Translations under genes and position numbers: made by a program
The notes under the pieces: generated by a model
What the model was told of the DNA's origin: nothing
What the model saw: only the letters and a program-made list of their open reading frames with translations
The model's database searches: none
Source: Octopus vulgaris
Lineage: Eukaryota
Direction of reading: 5' to 3'
Length of the DNA stretch: 64,000 bases
NCBI GenBank assembly: GCA_951406725.2
Contig: OX597832.1
Coordinates: forward strand, 49,042,001 to 49,106,000
In this document: in pieces, positions 12,286 through 25,143 of the stretch
Position numbering within the stretch: position 1 is the stretch's first letter
Layout: the number at the start of each line of letters is the position of its first letter

Positions 12286-12973
12286 CTCTAAGATTTCGAT
12301 CTTGTTCCTACCGGAAACGTCAGATCTCTCCTTCTCCACTTCCTCCTCATCGCAGAAAACTTATTTCACTCTGTGAACTTGTGCTTCCTTATTTTACAAA
12401 GAGAAGACCATCATTAATATTTTTTTCACGGGGTTTTCTTTTTTTTTTTTACTGATTCCTGTAAATACTTTCTTCGTAGCATTTGTTTCTTTATGCAATT
12501 CTCTTTCAGAGTTTCCTTCCAACCGGTGTTGCTATCTCTTCGGAAGCCTCCTTCTACATAATAATAACAAGCAATAAATATTTTGAACTCAGTCACCTCA
12601 ACTATTGCCCCACCCCCTTCGCTTCGCTTCTCTCTCACCAAACATTAACACGTGACTAGAGGCGAAATAGTGCAATAGATTAAAGAAAACAATAAGTAAA
12701 ACAAAACAAAACTCACAATAAAAAAATACAATTACCAATATCTAATGTTACAACAATTAATCTGTGTCTTTGTGTAGGAAGCAATGTAACAAATGAGATT
12801 ACTAATTGGATCCGATTCTGGACTATAACTTAATACTTCCGGTTTCAGGAAGTTTCGTCGCTGTTATTGTTATTGTTGTGGCTTTTGCTTTTGTGGGTGA
12901 GTCCCAGGTAGTCGTCATCGAGCAGAATAACGATCAAAGCCACTCCAATTCTGATCGTCCTGTATTTTTACTG

Positions 12974-13315
12974 AGCGAGTTGTTATAAACTGTAGCTGCA
13001 ACACATCGTGACGTATATTTGCCATTTAAATATGGCTAACCCCTAAGGGTGGATGCCACTGTAGTTTGTAGCCCCAGGAGGACACCTCCTCCAGCTGGCT
13101 ATAGACACACTTTCTGTGCCCTATTAGTATTTGCCAAGGGAAACCATCCTTCCCGTCTTCAACTTATGATAGACACGGACTCGAGTTTCTTGGCAAATAC
13201 TGATAGGGCACAGAAAGTGTGTCTATAGCCAGCTGGAGGAGGTGTCCTCCTGGGGCTACAAACTACAGTAGCATCCACCCTTAAGGGTTAGCCATATTTA
13301 AATGGCAAATATACG
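12974..13315. mobile_element. Fold-back insertion with 13-bp TSD
   Basis: TSD tgtatttttactg at 12961 and 13316. About 130-bp near-perfect inverted arms at 13011-13144 and 13185-13316. Confidence 0.8.
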
Positions 13316-14258
13316 TGTATTTTTACTGTCTGCTGGAAAACCTTACACAAATATAAACCAAAGTGTACTTCTTAAAGGTGATAAGGTAGATCTGAAAGTT
13401 GGTATTATTTCCAGACAGGTCGACCACAAAGAGGTTTCTGGTACATTGCTGTTAACCAGTTAACACCATCTGCGTTTGAGTGGCTTCAAATGAGTCTACT
13501 CTGGTGCAACTATTCGGGACAATTCTTCGACCAGAAGACGGTTTCCGCTGTTCCTAAATCTATTCAACGTACCCCGATTGACTTGCCTTGCTTTGGGCCT
13601 TCAACACATTGATGGTGTTGCAGGGGTACCATTGTAAACTACGGTGTCTCTTGAACCTGGTAAAACCTATCTTTCTTCAGATCAAATCACAGGAAATTTC
13701 TCAAGAAAGATACAGAAATGACGAGAATCGCATCCCGTATACGACAGGCAGTTTGTTTATGGCCCACAAGAAAGGCAAAGCTGATTTCGGTTGTATTTGA
13801 ACTTGGAGTGCAAAGAGCTAGAGCAAATGCTATTACGAATATTTATCCTTCGCTCTAACAACCGGCTAATTCGCCTCCTAGCTGTTGATAACGTTTTCTT
13901 TGACTTCACGTTTGTTAGTATCCATAGAGCTATATCTACCTGTATTCAATAATTCAATATATTTAGGGAAAAGATATTAGTTCTTAACATTATATCCTTT
14001 TGGTAAAAGTTACCCATCTGTTGGTTATATATCCAGCTCTTCTTCGTGTATTGAAAATTTCTTGTGACACCATTTGAATTGAATCTCACTCCTACTCCAT
14101 TTTTTCCAAATCTGATATACTTCATGGCTCTCACACTTCTCCGTATGTAAATTATTGAATTTGTCCACGTCATATCTCACTAATTAGACTCTTTGCCAAT
14201 ATCGTCTTTCATTTTCATGACAACGTTTCTCACACAGAATCATCTACTGAAGCTATTT

Positions 14259-14551
14259 TTGTTTGTTTGTTTGTTGAGCAAAGCGGTCTTCATCCCAGCT
14301 GTAGTGGGAGAAGTCCGAAACGTAGTCCTTTGCTATTCGTAAGACCCGCAGAAGAGAAAGCAGGTCAACCCCCGACAACGAGAGCATCGACGGGTGGATG
14401 AATGCGCATCCAGGCTCAGCGGTTGCGTAGGAAGTCGGGGACAAGAAACAGGAAGAAAGAGTGAGAGAAAGTTAGAGCGAAAGTGTACAACAGGGGTCGC
14501 CACCACCCCCTGCCGGAGCCTCGAGGAGCTTTAGGTGTTTTCGCTTAATAA
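14259..14551 (-). mobile_element. 5'-truncated SINE group A, tail type b
   Basis: Group A body at 14450-14551 joined to a different 3' region. TSD actgaagctattt. Confidence 0.85.
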
Positions 14552-14824
14552 ACTGAAGCTATTTCCAAGTGAGGTAGGAATGACAACAAGCTAGACGCCG
14601 TGAGGCATAGTAAATAAATTGTCTAATCATACGCAAACATAACTTTGTGTTTCTTGCTTTCTGATTAACTGCATACTCCACATTTCATTACAAACCATGA
14701 CTGGTTCAATTTCGTGTTACGTCAACTACATTTTGTACAGAAAGGCAAAGACTCTGACAACGAATGTATTCAGAATGATTGCCTATAATATGTATGTGTT
14801 TAACACTGCGATCATACAATAACA

Positions 14825-15260
14825 TTCTTTTCTACTATAGGAACAAGGCCCGATATTTTGGGGGAGGGGCACGGTCGAGTAGATCGATCCCAGTACGCAA
14901 CTGGTACTTAATTTATCGACCTCGAAAAAGATAAAACGCTAAGTAGACCTCAGCTGAATTTGAACTCAGAACGTAAAGACAGACGATATAGCACTAAGCA
15001 TTTCGCCCAGCATGCTTATAATTCTTATTTCTTTATTACCCACAAGGGGCTAAACATAGAGGGGACAAACAAGGACAGACAAAGGAACTAAGTCGATTAC
15101 ATCGACCCCAGTGCGTAACTGGTACTTAATTTATCGATCCCCGAAAGGATGAAAAGCAAAGTCGACCTCGGCGAAATTTGAACTAAGAACGTAAAGACAG
15201 ACGAAATAGCACTAAGCATTTCGCCCGGCATGCTAACGTTTCTGCCAGCTCGCCGCCTCA
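14825..15260 (-). mobile_element. SINE group B, two copies
   Basis: Two Deu/Nin-like domains, each with a different tail. Confidence 0.8.
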
Positions 15261-15648
15261 ATGGCAACGTTATTACTTATTCTCTCTTATGAAATTTAAC
15301 TTTATTAAAAAAAAAGGTAAAGTCTAATAAAATATATAACAATCTAAGGGTTGCATGTTCATTTCCCCCCTTCGGGAGCACTAGTAGTTTGTGGTGCCCC
15401 AGTATGGCCACAGCCGTTGAGCTGAAACATATAAAAGAATAAAAGAATAATATTTGCGTTTTTTTTCAGAATATTTTTTTCGAAGGATACCCATTTATGA
15501 AAATGTTGGGAAATACTCTTTGGGTGTAGAATACAGGAGTCGGAACACCAAAAAAGTCTTGAAAATGAAGCAGCACAATTAATATTACATGTGGTGCCCT
15601 CTGAATATATCCGTTAATACAAGGGAGATAACTATTCATTTTCAACAG

Positions 15649-18038
15649 CAGTGATTTGAAGGACATTTAGCTGCTATTTCTAGAAAGTCCAGCGGCAATA
15701 TAGAATTCTTTCTTTGATTCGTATCAGTAAAATGAGCGTCTGATTAACCAACTTCGAAACAAATTCAACAAATGAATATTTGAAAATTTTACAACACCAG
15801 TGATTTGAAGGATATTTAGCTGCTACTTCTAGAAAGTCGAGCAGCAATATAGAATTCTTTCCTTGACTCGTACCAGTAAAATACAGCATCTGATTAACCA
15901 ACTTCGAAACAAAATCAACAAATATATTTGAAAATCTTACAATACCAGTGATTTGAAGGATATTTAACTGCTACTTCTAGAAAGTCGAGCATCAATATAG
16001 AATTCTTTCCTTGACTCGTACCAGTAAAATACAGCGTCTGATTAAGCAACTTCGAAACAAAATCAACAAATGAATATCTGAAAATCATACAACACCAGTG
16101 ATTTGAAGGATATTTAGCTGCTACTTCTAGAAAGTCGAGCAGCAATATAGAATTCTTTCTTTGATTCGTACCAGTAAAATACAGCGTCTGATTAACCAAC
16201 TTCTAAACAAAATCAACAAATAAATATCTGAAAATCGTACAACACCAGTGATTTGAAGGATATTTAGCTGCTACTTCTAGAAAGTCGAGCAGCAATATAG
16301 AATTCTTTCTTTGATTCGTACCAGTAAAATACAGCGTCTGATTAACCAACTTCTAAACAAAATCAACAAATAAATATCTGAAAATCATACAACACCAGTG
16401 ATTTGAAGGATATTTAGCTGCTACTTCTAGAAAGTCGAGCAGCAATATAGAATTCTTTCCTTGACTCGTACCAGTAAAATACAGCGTCTGATTAACCAAC
16501 TTCGAAACAAAATCAACAAATAAATATTTGAAAATCTTACAACACCAGTGATTTGAAGGGTATTTAGCTGCTACTTCAAGAAAGTCGAGCAGCAATATAG
16601 AATTCTTTCTTTGATTCGTACCAGTAAAATACAGCGTCTGATTAACCAACTTCGAAACAAAATCAACAAATAAATATTTGAAAATCTTACAACACCAGTG
16701 ATTTGAAGGATATTTAGCTGCTACTTCAAGAAAGTCGAGCAGCAATATAGAATTCTTTCTTTGATTCGTACCAGTAAAATACAGCGTTGATTAACCAACT
16801 TCGAAACAAAATCAACAAAGAAATATTTGAAAATCTTACAATATCAGTGATTTGAAGGATATTTAGCTGCTACTTCAAGAAAGTCGAGCAGCAATATAGA
16901 ATTCTTTCTTTGATTCGTACCAGTAAAATACAGCGTCTGATTAACCAACTTCGAAACAAAATCAACAAATAAATATTTGAAAATCTTACAACACCAGTGA
17001 TTTGAAGGATATTTAGCTGCTACTTCAAGAAAGTCGAGCAGCAATATAGAATTCTTTCTTTGATTCGTACCAGTAAAATACAGCGTTGATTAACCAACTT
17101 CGAAACAAAATCAACAAAGAAATATTTGAAAATCTTACAATATCAGTGATTTGAAGGATATTTAGCTGCTACTTCAAGAAAGTCGAGCAGCAATATAGAA
17201 TTCTTTCTTTGATTCGTACCAGTAAAATACAGCGTCTGATTAACCAACTTCGAAACAAAATCAACAAATAAATATTTGAAAATCTTACAACACCAGTGAT
17301 TTGAAGGATATTTAGCTGCTACTTCAAGAAAGTCGAGCAGCAATATAGAATTCTTTCTTTGATTCGTACCAGTAAAATACAGCGTCTGATTAACCAACTT
17401 CGAAACAAAATCAACAAAGAAATATTTGGAAATCTTACAATATCAGTGATTTAAAGGATATTTAGCTGCTACTTCTAGAAAGTCGAGCAGCAATATAGAA
17501 TTCTTTCCTTGATTCGTACCAGTAAAATACAGCGTCTGATTAACCAACTTCGAAACAAAATCAACAAATAAATATTTGAAAATCTTACAAAACCAGTGAT
17601 GTGAAAGATATTTAGCTGCTACTTCTAGAAAGTCGAGCAGCAATATAGAATTCTTTCTTTGATTCGTACCAGTAAAACACAGCGTCTCATTAACCAACTT
17701 CGAAACAAAATCAGCAAAAAAATATTTGAAAATCTTACAACACCAGTGATTTGAAGGATATTTAGCTGCTACTTCTAGAAAGTCGAGCAGCAATATAGAA
17801 TTCTTTCCTTGACTCGTACCAGTAAAATACAACATCTGATTAACCAACTTCGAAACAAAATCAACAAAGAAATATTTGAAAATCTTACAACACTAGTGAT
17901 TTGAAGGATATTTAGCTGCTACTTCTAGAAAGTCGAGCAGCAATATAGAATTCTTTCTTTGACTCGTACCAGTAAAGCACAACGTCTGATTAACCAACTT
18001 CGAAACAAAATCAACAAATAAATATTTGAAAATCTTAC
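15649..18038. repeat. Tandem array of 16 x ~150-bp units
   Basis: cagtgatttgaaggatatttagctgctacttc starts at 15649, 15798, 15946, 16096, 16246, 16396, 16546, 16696, 16845, 16995, 17144, 17294, 17444, 17594, 17744 and 17894. Confidence 0.97.
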
Positions 18039-18908
18039 TATCTTTTAACTTCTTATCTATAAACGCAAATTTGCAAACAGTCTGCCAGTATTTGCACCAA
18101 CTTACCATTATTTGTCTTCGCAAATAATGATAATGGGCATAGCGACATAGACCGATTATTAGTTCTGGTATAGATATGAGAAGTCATAATCACATATTGT
18201 TTGTTATTACAGGCGTCTGGTATGTATGCCTAAGTCACTGTTTTATTGCAGTTAATTAGAGTTTTAAAAGCGCGTTCTGAACGAATTAGACAAATTTGCT
18301 TGGCACGTTTACAAATAAACCACCAGGGTTACAATTTTGTTTTTAAGAAACGATTCCGATTTGCTAAATCTGTTAATGAAGAAAACGTATATTGCTTACT
18401 TCGTGAAGTCTAACCTTGCCAACTTTTTACTTCGTTTTGTTGTACGCCTTGTGAGAGTGAAAGAATTAGAAGCGTTCTGCTGGATTAAAGTTTCATTGCT
18501 TCTATAGAATGTTTAAACGGTAGAAATGGTACCAATACGATCGCAGAAGACGATCCTGTTTTATGTAATTACAACACATCAACATTAAAATCTGCCCGCT
18601 TAACTGCATCCGGTTGTCTTCAAAATGTTTTCATCGAGCTAAGAGTATATATATTCAACACAAATCGGATGTGCGTACACTTGAAAACGTACATGTATAT
18701 GTGATGATATGTGCATTTGTAGGTGCATATAGACATCTGTGAGTATAAGTTTAAGTGATTTTTTTAATGTGTGTATGTGTGTCCACCTATCTACATACGC
18801 AACTGTATGTAGAGACATAAGTGCAAGGGCGAAAGTATAAATGCAGTTGTGTAGTGGTAGCAGGTGAATATATGCGTGTATAAGCATCTCCTATATATAT
18901 ATATATAA

Positions 18909-18944
<36 letters not shown>

Positions 18945-19223
18945 GTAGGTTGTGACATATATATGTGAATACATACAGTTATATATGCTGGACGGACGAA
19001 AGTGTGTGTGCATATAAGTGTATGTGTATGCAAGTGTGCATATAAGTGTGTGTGTATGCAAGTGTGTATAAGTATTGGTGCGTATATGTATATGTGTATG
19101 TACATATATATATATACATATATTTGTGTGTGTATAGATAGATAGATAGATATATAGATATGTGTGTATATGTACTTCTATATGTATAAATTTGAGTGTG
19201 TGTGTTTGTGTGTGTATGTGTAT

Positions 19224-19269
<46 letters not shown>

Positions 19270-19537
19270 GTGTGTGTGTGTGCACATATATAAAAGCGTA
19301 TGCTGTGATATATGTGAATCCAATAGACACTAAAAGATTTACGACTACCAAATGTCCCTGACCGAGTCAGCCGGAACCACCGGTCCGGTCCCTTGGGTCT
19401 CACAGCGTGATACTAGAATGGCAGGACATTTATCAAAAAGTTTAATGACATCGATTTACCTCTGCATATGTGAGACTGAGAGTGTAAACACAACAACAAG
19501 TCTGGATATCTAAGTAAACTATATGTGGGTACCATAC

Positions 19538-19765
19538 GGCGAGCTGGCAGAAACGTTAGCACGCCGGGCGACCTGCGTAGCCGTATTTCGTCTGTCGTTA
19601 CGTTCCGAGTTCAAATTCCGCCGAGGTCGACTTTGCCTTTCATCCTTTCGGGGTCGATAAATTAAGTACCAGTTACGCACTGGGGTCGATATAATCGACT
19701 TAATTCCTTTGTCTGTCCTTGTTTGTCCCCTCTGTGTTTAGCCCCTTGTGGGTAGTAAAGAAATA
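19538..19765 (+). mobile_element. SINE group B, full monomer
   Basis: ggcgagctggcagaaacgttagc...gagttcaaattcc...gtaaagaaata. TSD atatgtgggtacca. Confidence 0.9.
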
Positions 19766-20021
19766 TATATGTGGGTACCAACGCAAATAAATTTTTACTT
19801 TATTGCATGTTTTATTTATATTTTTCGTCTCATTTTTTAAAATTATTCCCTGCCTTTTTCTATAAATTCGGAACGGAAACCGTCCCTCACTATTCCTGCC
19901 TAATAGTTTAAACTTTAAACATACTTTTGCCAGCGCCATTTTGTATTAAAACCGGGTGAACCAAAGTTTATTTAACTGGATACCCCTTATTACATCACCC
20001 GATGCGCTTGCACCGAGGGAT

Positions 20022-20325
20022 GCAGCATCTTGGACAAGTGTCTTCTACTATAGCCTCGGGCCGACCAAAGCTTTGTGAGTGGATTTGGTAGACGGAAACT
20101 GAAAGAAGCCTGTCGTATATATGTATATATATGTATATGTATGTGTGTGCGTTTGTGTGTCTGTGTTTGTCCCCCTAGCATTGCTTGACAACCGATGCTG
20201 GTGTGTTTACGTCCCCGTCACTTAGCGATTCGGCAAAAGAGACCGATAGAATAAGTACTGGGCTTACAAAGAATAAGTCCCGGGGTCGATTTCAAATGAC
20301 TGAAACAAGTAAAGGGTAAAGAGTA
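20022..20325 (+). mobile_element. SINE group C, 5'-truncated
   Basis: cttggacaagtgtcttctactatagcctcgggccgacc...tgactgaaacaagtaaa. Confidence 0.85.
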
Positions 20326-20633
20326 TAACCAGTTGTACAGTATCCCGCCCATTAGGGATCAATACAGGATACGTTGAAACGATCGATCATAGCAATAAAA
20401 TATCGTATGTATTTCATTTCTCAACGAACAGTGAGAAATCGTTGTGTTTCGTATATTTCATTTCTCAACATTCACTGTGAAATTCCCGAGTAATTCTAAC
20501 GACAATTGTGTAAATACCATTGATAGCGTCAGGTAGCCATGGGCAGTAAACGTGCACCATCGGCTTAGTGCTACGAACATGAGCAACACTTAAATATTTT
20601 CTTATATATAATACTCTTTTACTCTTTTTTATT

Positions 20634-20689
<56 letters not shown>

Positions 20690-20802
20690 AAAGTGAGATA
20701 GGGGTTATGATAGGGGTTATATATATATATATATTCTTGTGTATGTGTATTTTGTTTCATATTTATACTTGCATTTTTATATTTTTATAATTGTACTTTA
20801 TA

Positions 20803-20819
20803 ATCTCTGACGAGGCCTT

Positions 20820-20862
<43 letters not shown>

Positions 20863-20952
20863 CTCATTTTTAACTGCATATTACCTCAATACATCTGACT
20901 AATATAGGCAGAATGAGATACCTTTATCTACAGGTTGAAACAGCTGTAAGAT
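20803..20952 (+). ncRNA. Hammerhead motif (family D) with a (TA)n tract inside loop II
   Basis: atct-CTGACGA-ggcct...aggtt-GAA-acagctgt-A-agat. Palindromic stem III; predicted site GUA. Confidence 0.55.
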
Positions 20953-21370
20953 CAATTTTATGTGTATTATTTTTATGGTATTATCTTACTTATTGATGTA
21001 TATTGTTTTATTCTGTTGGATTTGGATGTTCCTATTTATGTAGTTAATAAATAATATGAATTGGTAATATCTGTAAGTCGATGATTAAAATGAATCTGTT
21101 CCTCCATTTTCTTATTTGTATATATAAATTGAATATTAATTTAATTAACATCATCCCTTATACGTTCGTATGTATGTACGTATGTATAGTTTACAGATCC
21201 AATAGAGATAGAATCAACAAAAATACACTCCTCCATCCAGTGAGAGATATATATCATTTTAATACACAACCAAAAGAGCTATTACTAATATCAGGTTTTA
21301 ATGACTTTTTAACTAGTTAAAGTATCATAAATGCATGAAACTATTAATAGCACTTTTGGTTGTATACGGA

Positions 21371-21420
<50 letters not shown>

Positions 21421-21970
21421 TAATCCACCTTTTGCCCATCAAAATGAAAGCCGGACATAAGCTACATTAGTGGATACTTCGAAATATTAATGATCAAGTA
21501 ATTAGAGAGAGAGTTATCTTTATCTTAGATATGGAGGTAGGATGATTCTATTCATAGAGATTGTATAAGGTGTTGTAATAATTCGTGCGTTAGAAATTAA
21601 TCTATATTTGGCCGTGTCTTGTTAAAAATCCGTTGAGAATTTGTTGATGCGTTGCGTCAGTTTTTCGAATGTAAAACGCGGAAAATCATTTGAAATGATT
21701 TATTGATCGGGGCAGGAGTGTTACAGGCATACATACACACAACACACACACACACACACACGCACACACACATAAACATACGTGTCCGTATGCGTACACG
21801 CATACACACACACATACAAACACAGACCAAAATACGTCGAGTAAATATTATGTTAAGCACTCAGATTAAACATATATGTTTCGTTCTCTAAATTTCTGTT
21901 TACTACATAAATAATTGGGTATAGTATAGGTGCATATTTAATTGTGAAACATCGTGCTTATACTGTACAC

Positions 21971-22051
<81 letters not shown>

Positions 22052-22055
<4 letters not shown>

Positions 22056-22242
22056 CCATGATAGATCGTTAGCCACTACACACATTTTTTTTCTCTCCTT
22101 GTTTTTTCTGTATCCCCCTTCTGTAGAAGAGCGTAGGCTCGAAAAGTAAAAGACTTTTTCTATTCCTGAGCGTTATACTAATACATCTGTTTGTTTTGTA
22201 CACCACCTGTCTTCGTCTTTTGTTTTTCGTAAACTCTCCCTA
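22052..22242 (+). mobile_element. (TA)n-flanked mini-element family B carrying a hammerhead variant at 22117-22152
   Basis: Homologous to 29100-29300 and 46968-47148. Core CTGTAGA-a-gagc-gtag-gctc-GAAAAGTA-aaag. Confidence 0.75.
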
Positions 22243-22252
22243 TATATATGTG

Positions 22253-22317
<65 letters not shown>

Positions 22318-22321
<4 letters not shown>

Positions 22322-22513
22322 TCCAAACATGAAAACACAAAGAGAAAACACGACAACGCGAAGACGTGGAACAAGTATAGTATTATTGGACGCTCAGGAA
22401 AGAGGAAGTGTTTAACGTTTCGAGCGGAGCTCTTTGTCAGAAACATAGGAAAAGGAAAGATCCAAAGAAGGGAAGACGGGAAAAAAAATCGCCAACGGTA
22501 CACACGCGGTCAT
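22318..22513 (-). mobile_element. (TA)n-flanked mini-element family A carrying a hammerhead at 22409-22445
   Basis: tgttt-CTGACAA-a-gagc-tcc-gctc-GAAACGTT-aaaca, with G8>A in this copy. Homologous to 26817, 34878, 35090 and 41340. Confidence 0.8.
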
Positions 22514-22879
22514 ATATATATATATATAATTCCATGACGGTAACACTGAGTATTTGCGGACATTTACGTAATATAAATGGTAACAATGGTATGTGGCTTA
22601 TCACCAAATTTTATATCTTTTCATTTGTCTTGCTCGCTTTACGTTCTGGCGTTTGCCGAAATTTCTCGAGAACAATTTTTCTTAGGGGTCAGACCATATG
22701 AGGTCTTCCTCTAGCATATTAGGAATCCACGTAGTGGTCATTTGTATGTAATATATTATTTGTATGTAATATCATTTTCCTGCATCTTCAGATTTTTTAA
22801 ATATGCTAGGCACACGTTTAAATTGATATTAATTTAATTAATATTAATTTCTATCCTCATTATTTAACTTTATATATTA

Positions 22880-22880
22880 C

Positions 22881-22937
<57 letters not shown>

Positions 22938-23103
22938 CATTATTATTATTATTATCATTTAGTAGTTTTGCTTTTATAGCGTGCTTTCACTTCACTACCG
23001 AGCGCAGCTATGTGTGCCTTGGGTATGTGATGTGATTATTATTAATATTATTATTATTATTATTATTATCATCTTCATCATCATCATCATTATTATTATT
23101 ATA

Positions 23104-23194
<91 letters not shown>

Positions 23195-23247
23195 ACATAA
23201 TCAACATCATCATCATCATCATCAACATCATCATCATCATCATCATC

Positions 23248-23282
<35 letters not shown>
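22880..23282. repeat. (ATT)n/(ATC)n microsatellites
   Basis: Direct inspection. Confidence 0.95.
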
Positions 23283-23430
23283 AGTCTTATACTAATGTAT
23301 ATGCTTAGTTTATTTTTTGTTGGGTGCAATGGCGTATCGGAGTATATACACTCTCATTGTCACCGGTGTTAAAACAACTTAGTCATCGATAGGCGCGGTA
23401 ACTCACTCTGAGTCCGATTTGGGAGTGATG

Positions 23431-23462
23431 GACATCGATGTTTCGCCATCTCAGCTTATCAA
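23431..23462 (-). ncRNA. Hammerhead-like motif with U3-A8 core (family H)
   Basis: TTGATAA-gct-gagat-ggc-GAA-acatcgatgt-C. Stem I is not recoverable. Confidence 0.45.
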
Positions 23463-23587
23463 TGAACTAAAGAGTTATTCAACACCTTACACTCTCAAGC
23501 GGTCCGTAGTCGCGCACGCCAAACCATACAGCAGCCATAATACCGTGTACTTGGAAAGCAAACTTCTTACGACAGAGCAACATATTA

Positions 23588-24153
23588 TTGGGTTGTCCGG
23601 AAAGTTCGTACCGATTTTTAAAGGAAAGAAAAAGGTCAATAAATACTTGCCATTACATTTTTAATCAACCAAATATGAACCATTTTGTTGCACAATACGT
23701 CTCTATCTTCCCTTTAACTTGAAAATGCCCTCTTCTCAGAATTGAGGTGGTTTCATGGCAAAGAATTCATCAAGGTATCTTTTTACGTCATCCAAGGAAT
23801 TGAAATTTTTACCATTAAGACAATTCTGTAGAGACCTGAATAAGTGGAAATCCGAAGGAGCAATACCTGGTGAATATGGAGGGTGGAGTAACACATCCCA
23901 GCCGAGCTGCAGTAATTTTTGTCTGGTTCCCAAAGCATCAAGTGCAGAAAATGAACTTTTTTATCTTCCATTTTAAAGGGTTACAGAATTAACACAGGTT
24001 ATAGGAATATAAGCCTTCTTCCACGAAAAGGTAGCTTAAACTGTGCTCTAAATGGAGATGTAGTCAAATGCTATTTTATTGACTCAACCATGTTCTAAAA
24101 TAAGTCGAAAGGTAAGCTACTATAAATCGGCATGAACTTTCCGGGCAACCCAA
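23588..24153 (-). mobile_element. Internally deleted non-autonomous mariner (~566 bp)
   Basis: TIRs ttgggttgtccggaaagttcgtaccgattt / aaatcggcatgaactttccgggcaacccaa with TA TSD. MEDKKVHF is fused to LGWDVLLHPPYSPGIAPSDFHLF. Confidence 0.95.
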
Positions 24154-24855
24154 TAGTTATTTATATTTTATTTTCTCGAACTAAGCTCCTGGTTATAAGG
24201 TTGATAGAAAAGTAGGCTTTAGCTATTAGATGAAAATTCAAAAATATCCATACAAACATTAAAAAAAAAAACACTAACACTCCATCGGCTACGACGATGT
24301 GTGTTCCAATTTTTCCGATCAACGAGGCAGCCTGCTCTTGAAATTAAAATCGGCACGAACTTTCCGGACAATTCAATAAATAGACTAAAACTACTTTCAT
24401 TGATTTCATCAATTCGTTTCTTGATTCTTTCGAAACGTCGACCATTCTAAAGCTACATCGGGCTTGGTAGGTAACACCATACAGTCAGTATGGTCCTACA
24501 GTCTCCTTTATTGAATTTAACTGACGAAGCAAATTACAATTTTCAGTAATGTGTAAGTGCACTCATGTGTTTGTTGGCTATGAATGTTCTGTTATATAAT
24601 TCTATTCAATATATTGTTTGGAAATTAATGTCAAAGTACTAAATTTCCAACCACATTGTTAACGATCTATCAAGGTCTTTGTTGTATTATACCTAAATTA
24701 GATCGTTCGGATTCTATGCTATTCAATACATATTCGAATACATACGTATATGTGTGTGTCTATTTGTCTATACGTAAATATGTGTGTGCGATTGTGTGTG
24801 ACTACGTTCATATGCATGTATATATACATAAATTGATACATACATACATACATAC

Positions 24856-24886
<31 letters not shown>

Positions 24887-25036
24887 CATACATACATACA
24901 TCTATTCAAGTGTCATGATGTAATTTATCTTATTGGTGTGTGTATATATACACAGGCATATATACACACACACGCATATAATTTATGTTGCAAATACGTA
25001 GATTATAAACACACACAAGCACAAACACACACACAC

Positions 25037-25141
<105 letters not shown>

Positions 25142-25143
25142 CA

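Noticed and set aside
10275-12376. Acidic/basic low-complexity proteins
   Set aside because: Trinucleotide microsatellites open in several frames on both strands.
12778-12988. Possible exon encoding a hydrophobic segment after a tgtgtag acceptor
   Set aside because: Hydrophobicity derives from (GTT)-like repeats; no recognisable protein or partner exons.
15649-18038. CRISPR array or 50-aa repeat protein gene
   Set aside because: There are no unique spacers or cas genes and the context is eukaryotic. Units carry frameshifts and stops, so coding is unsupported.
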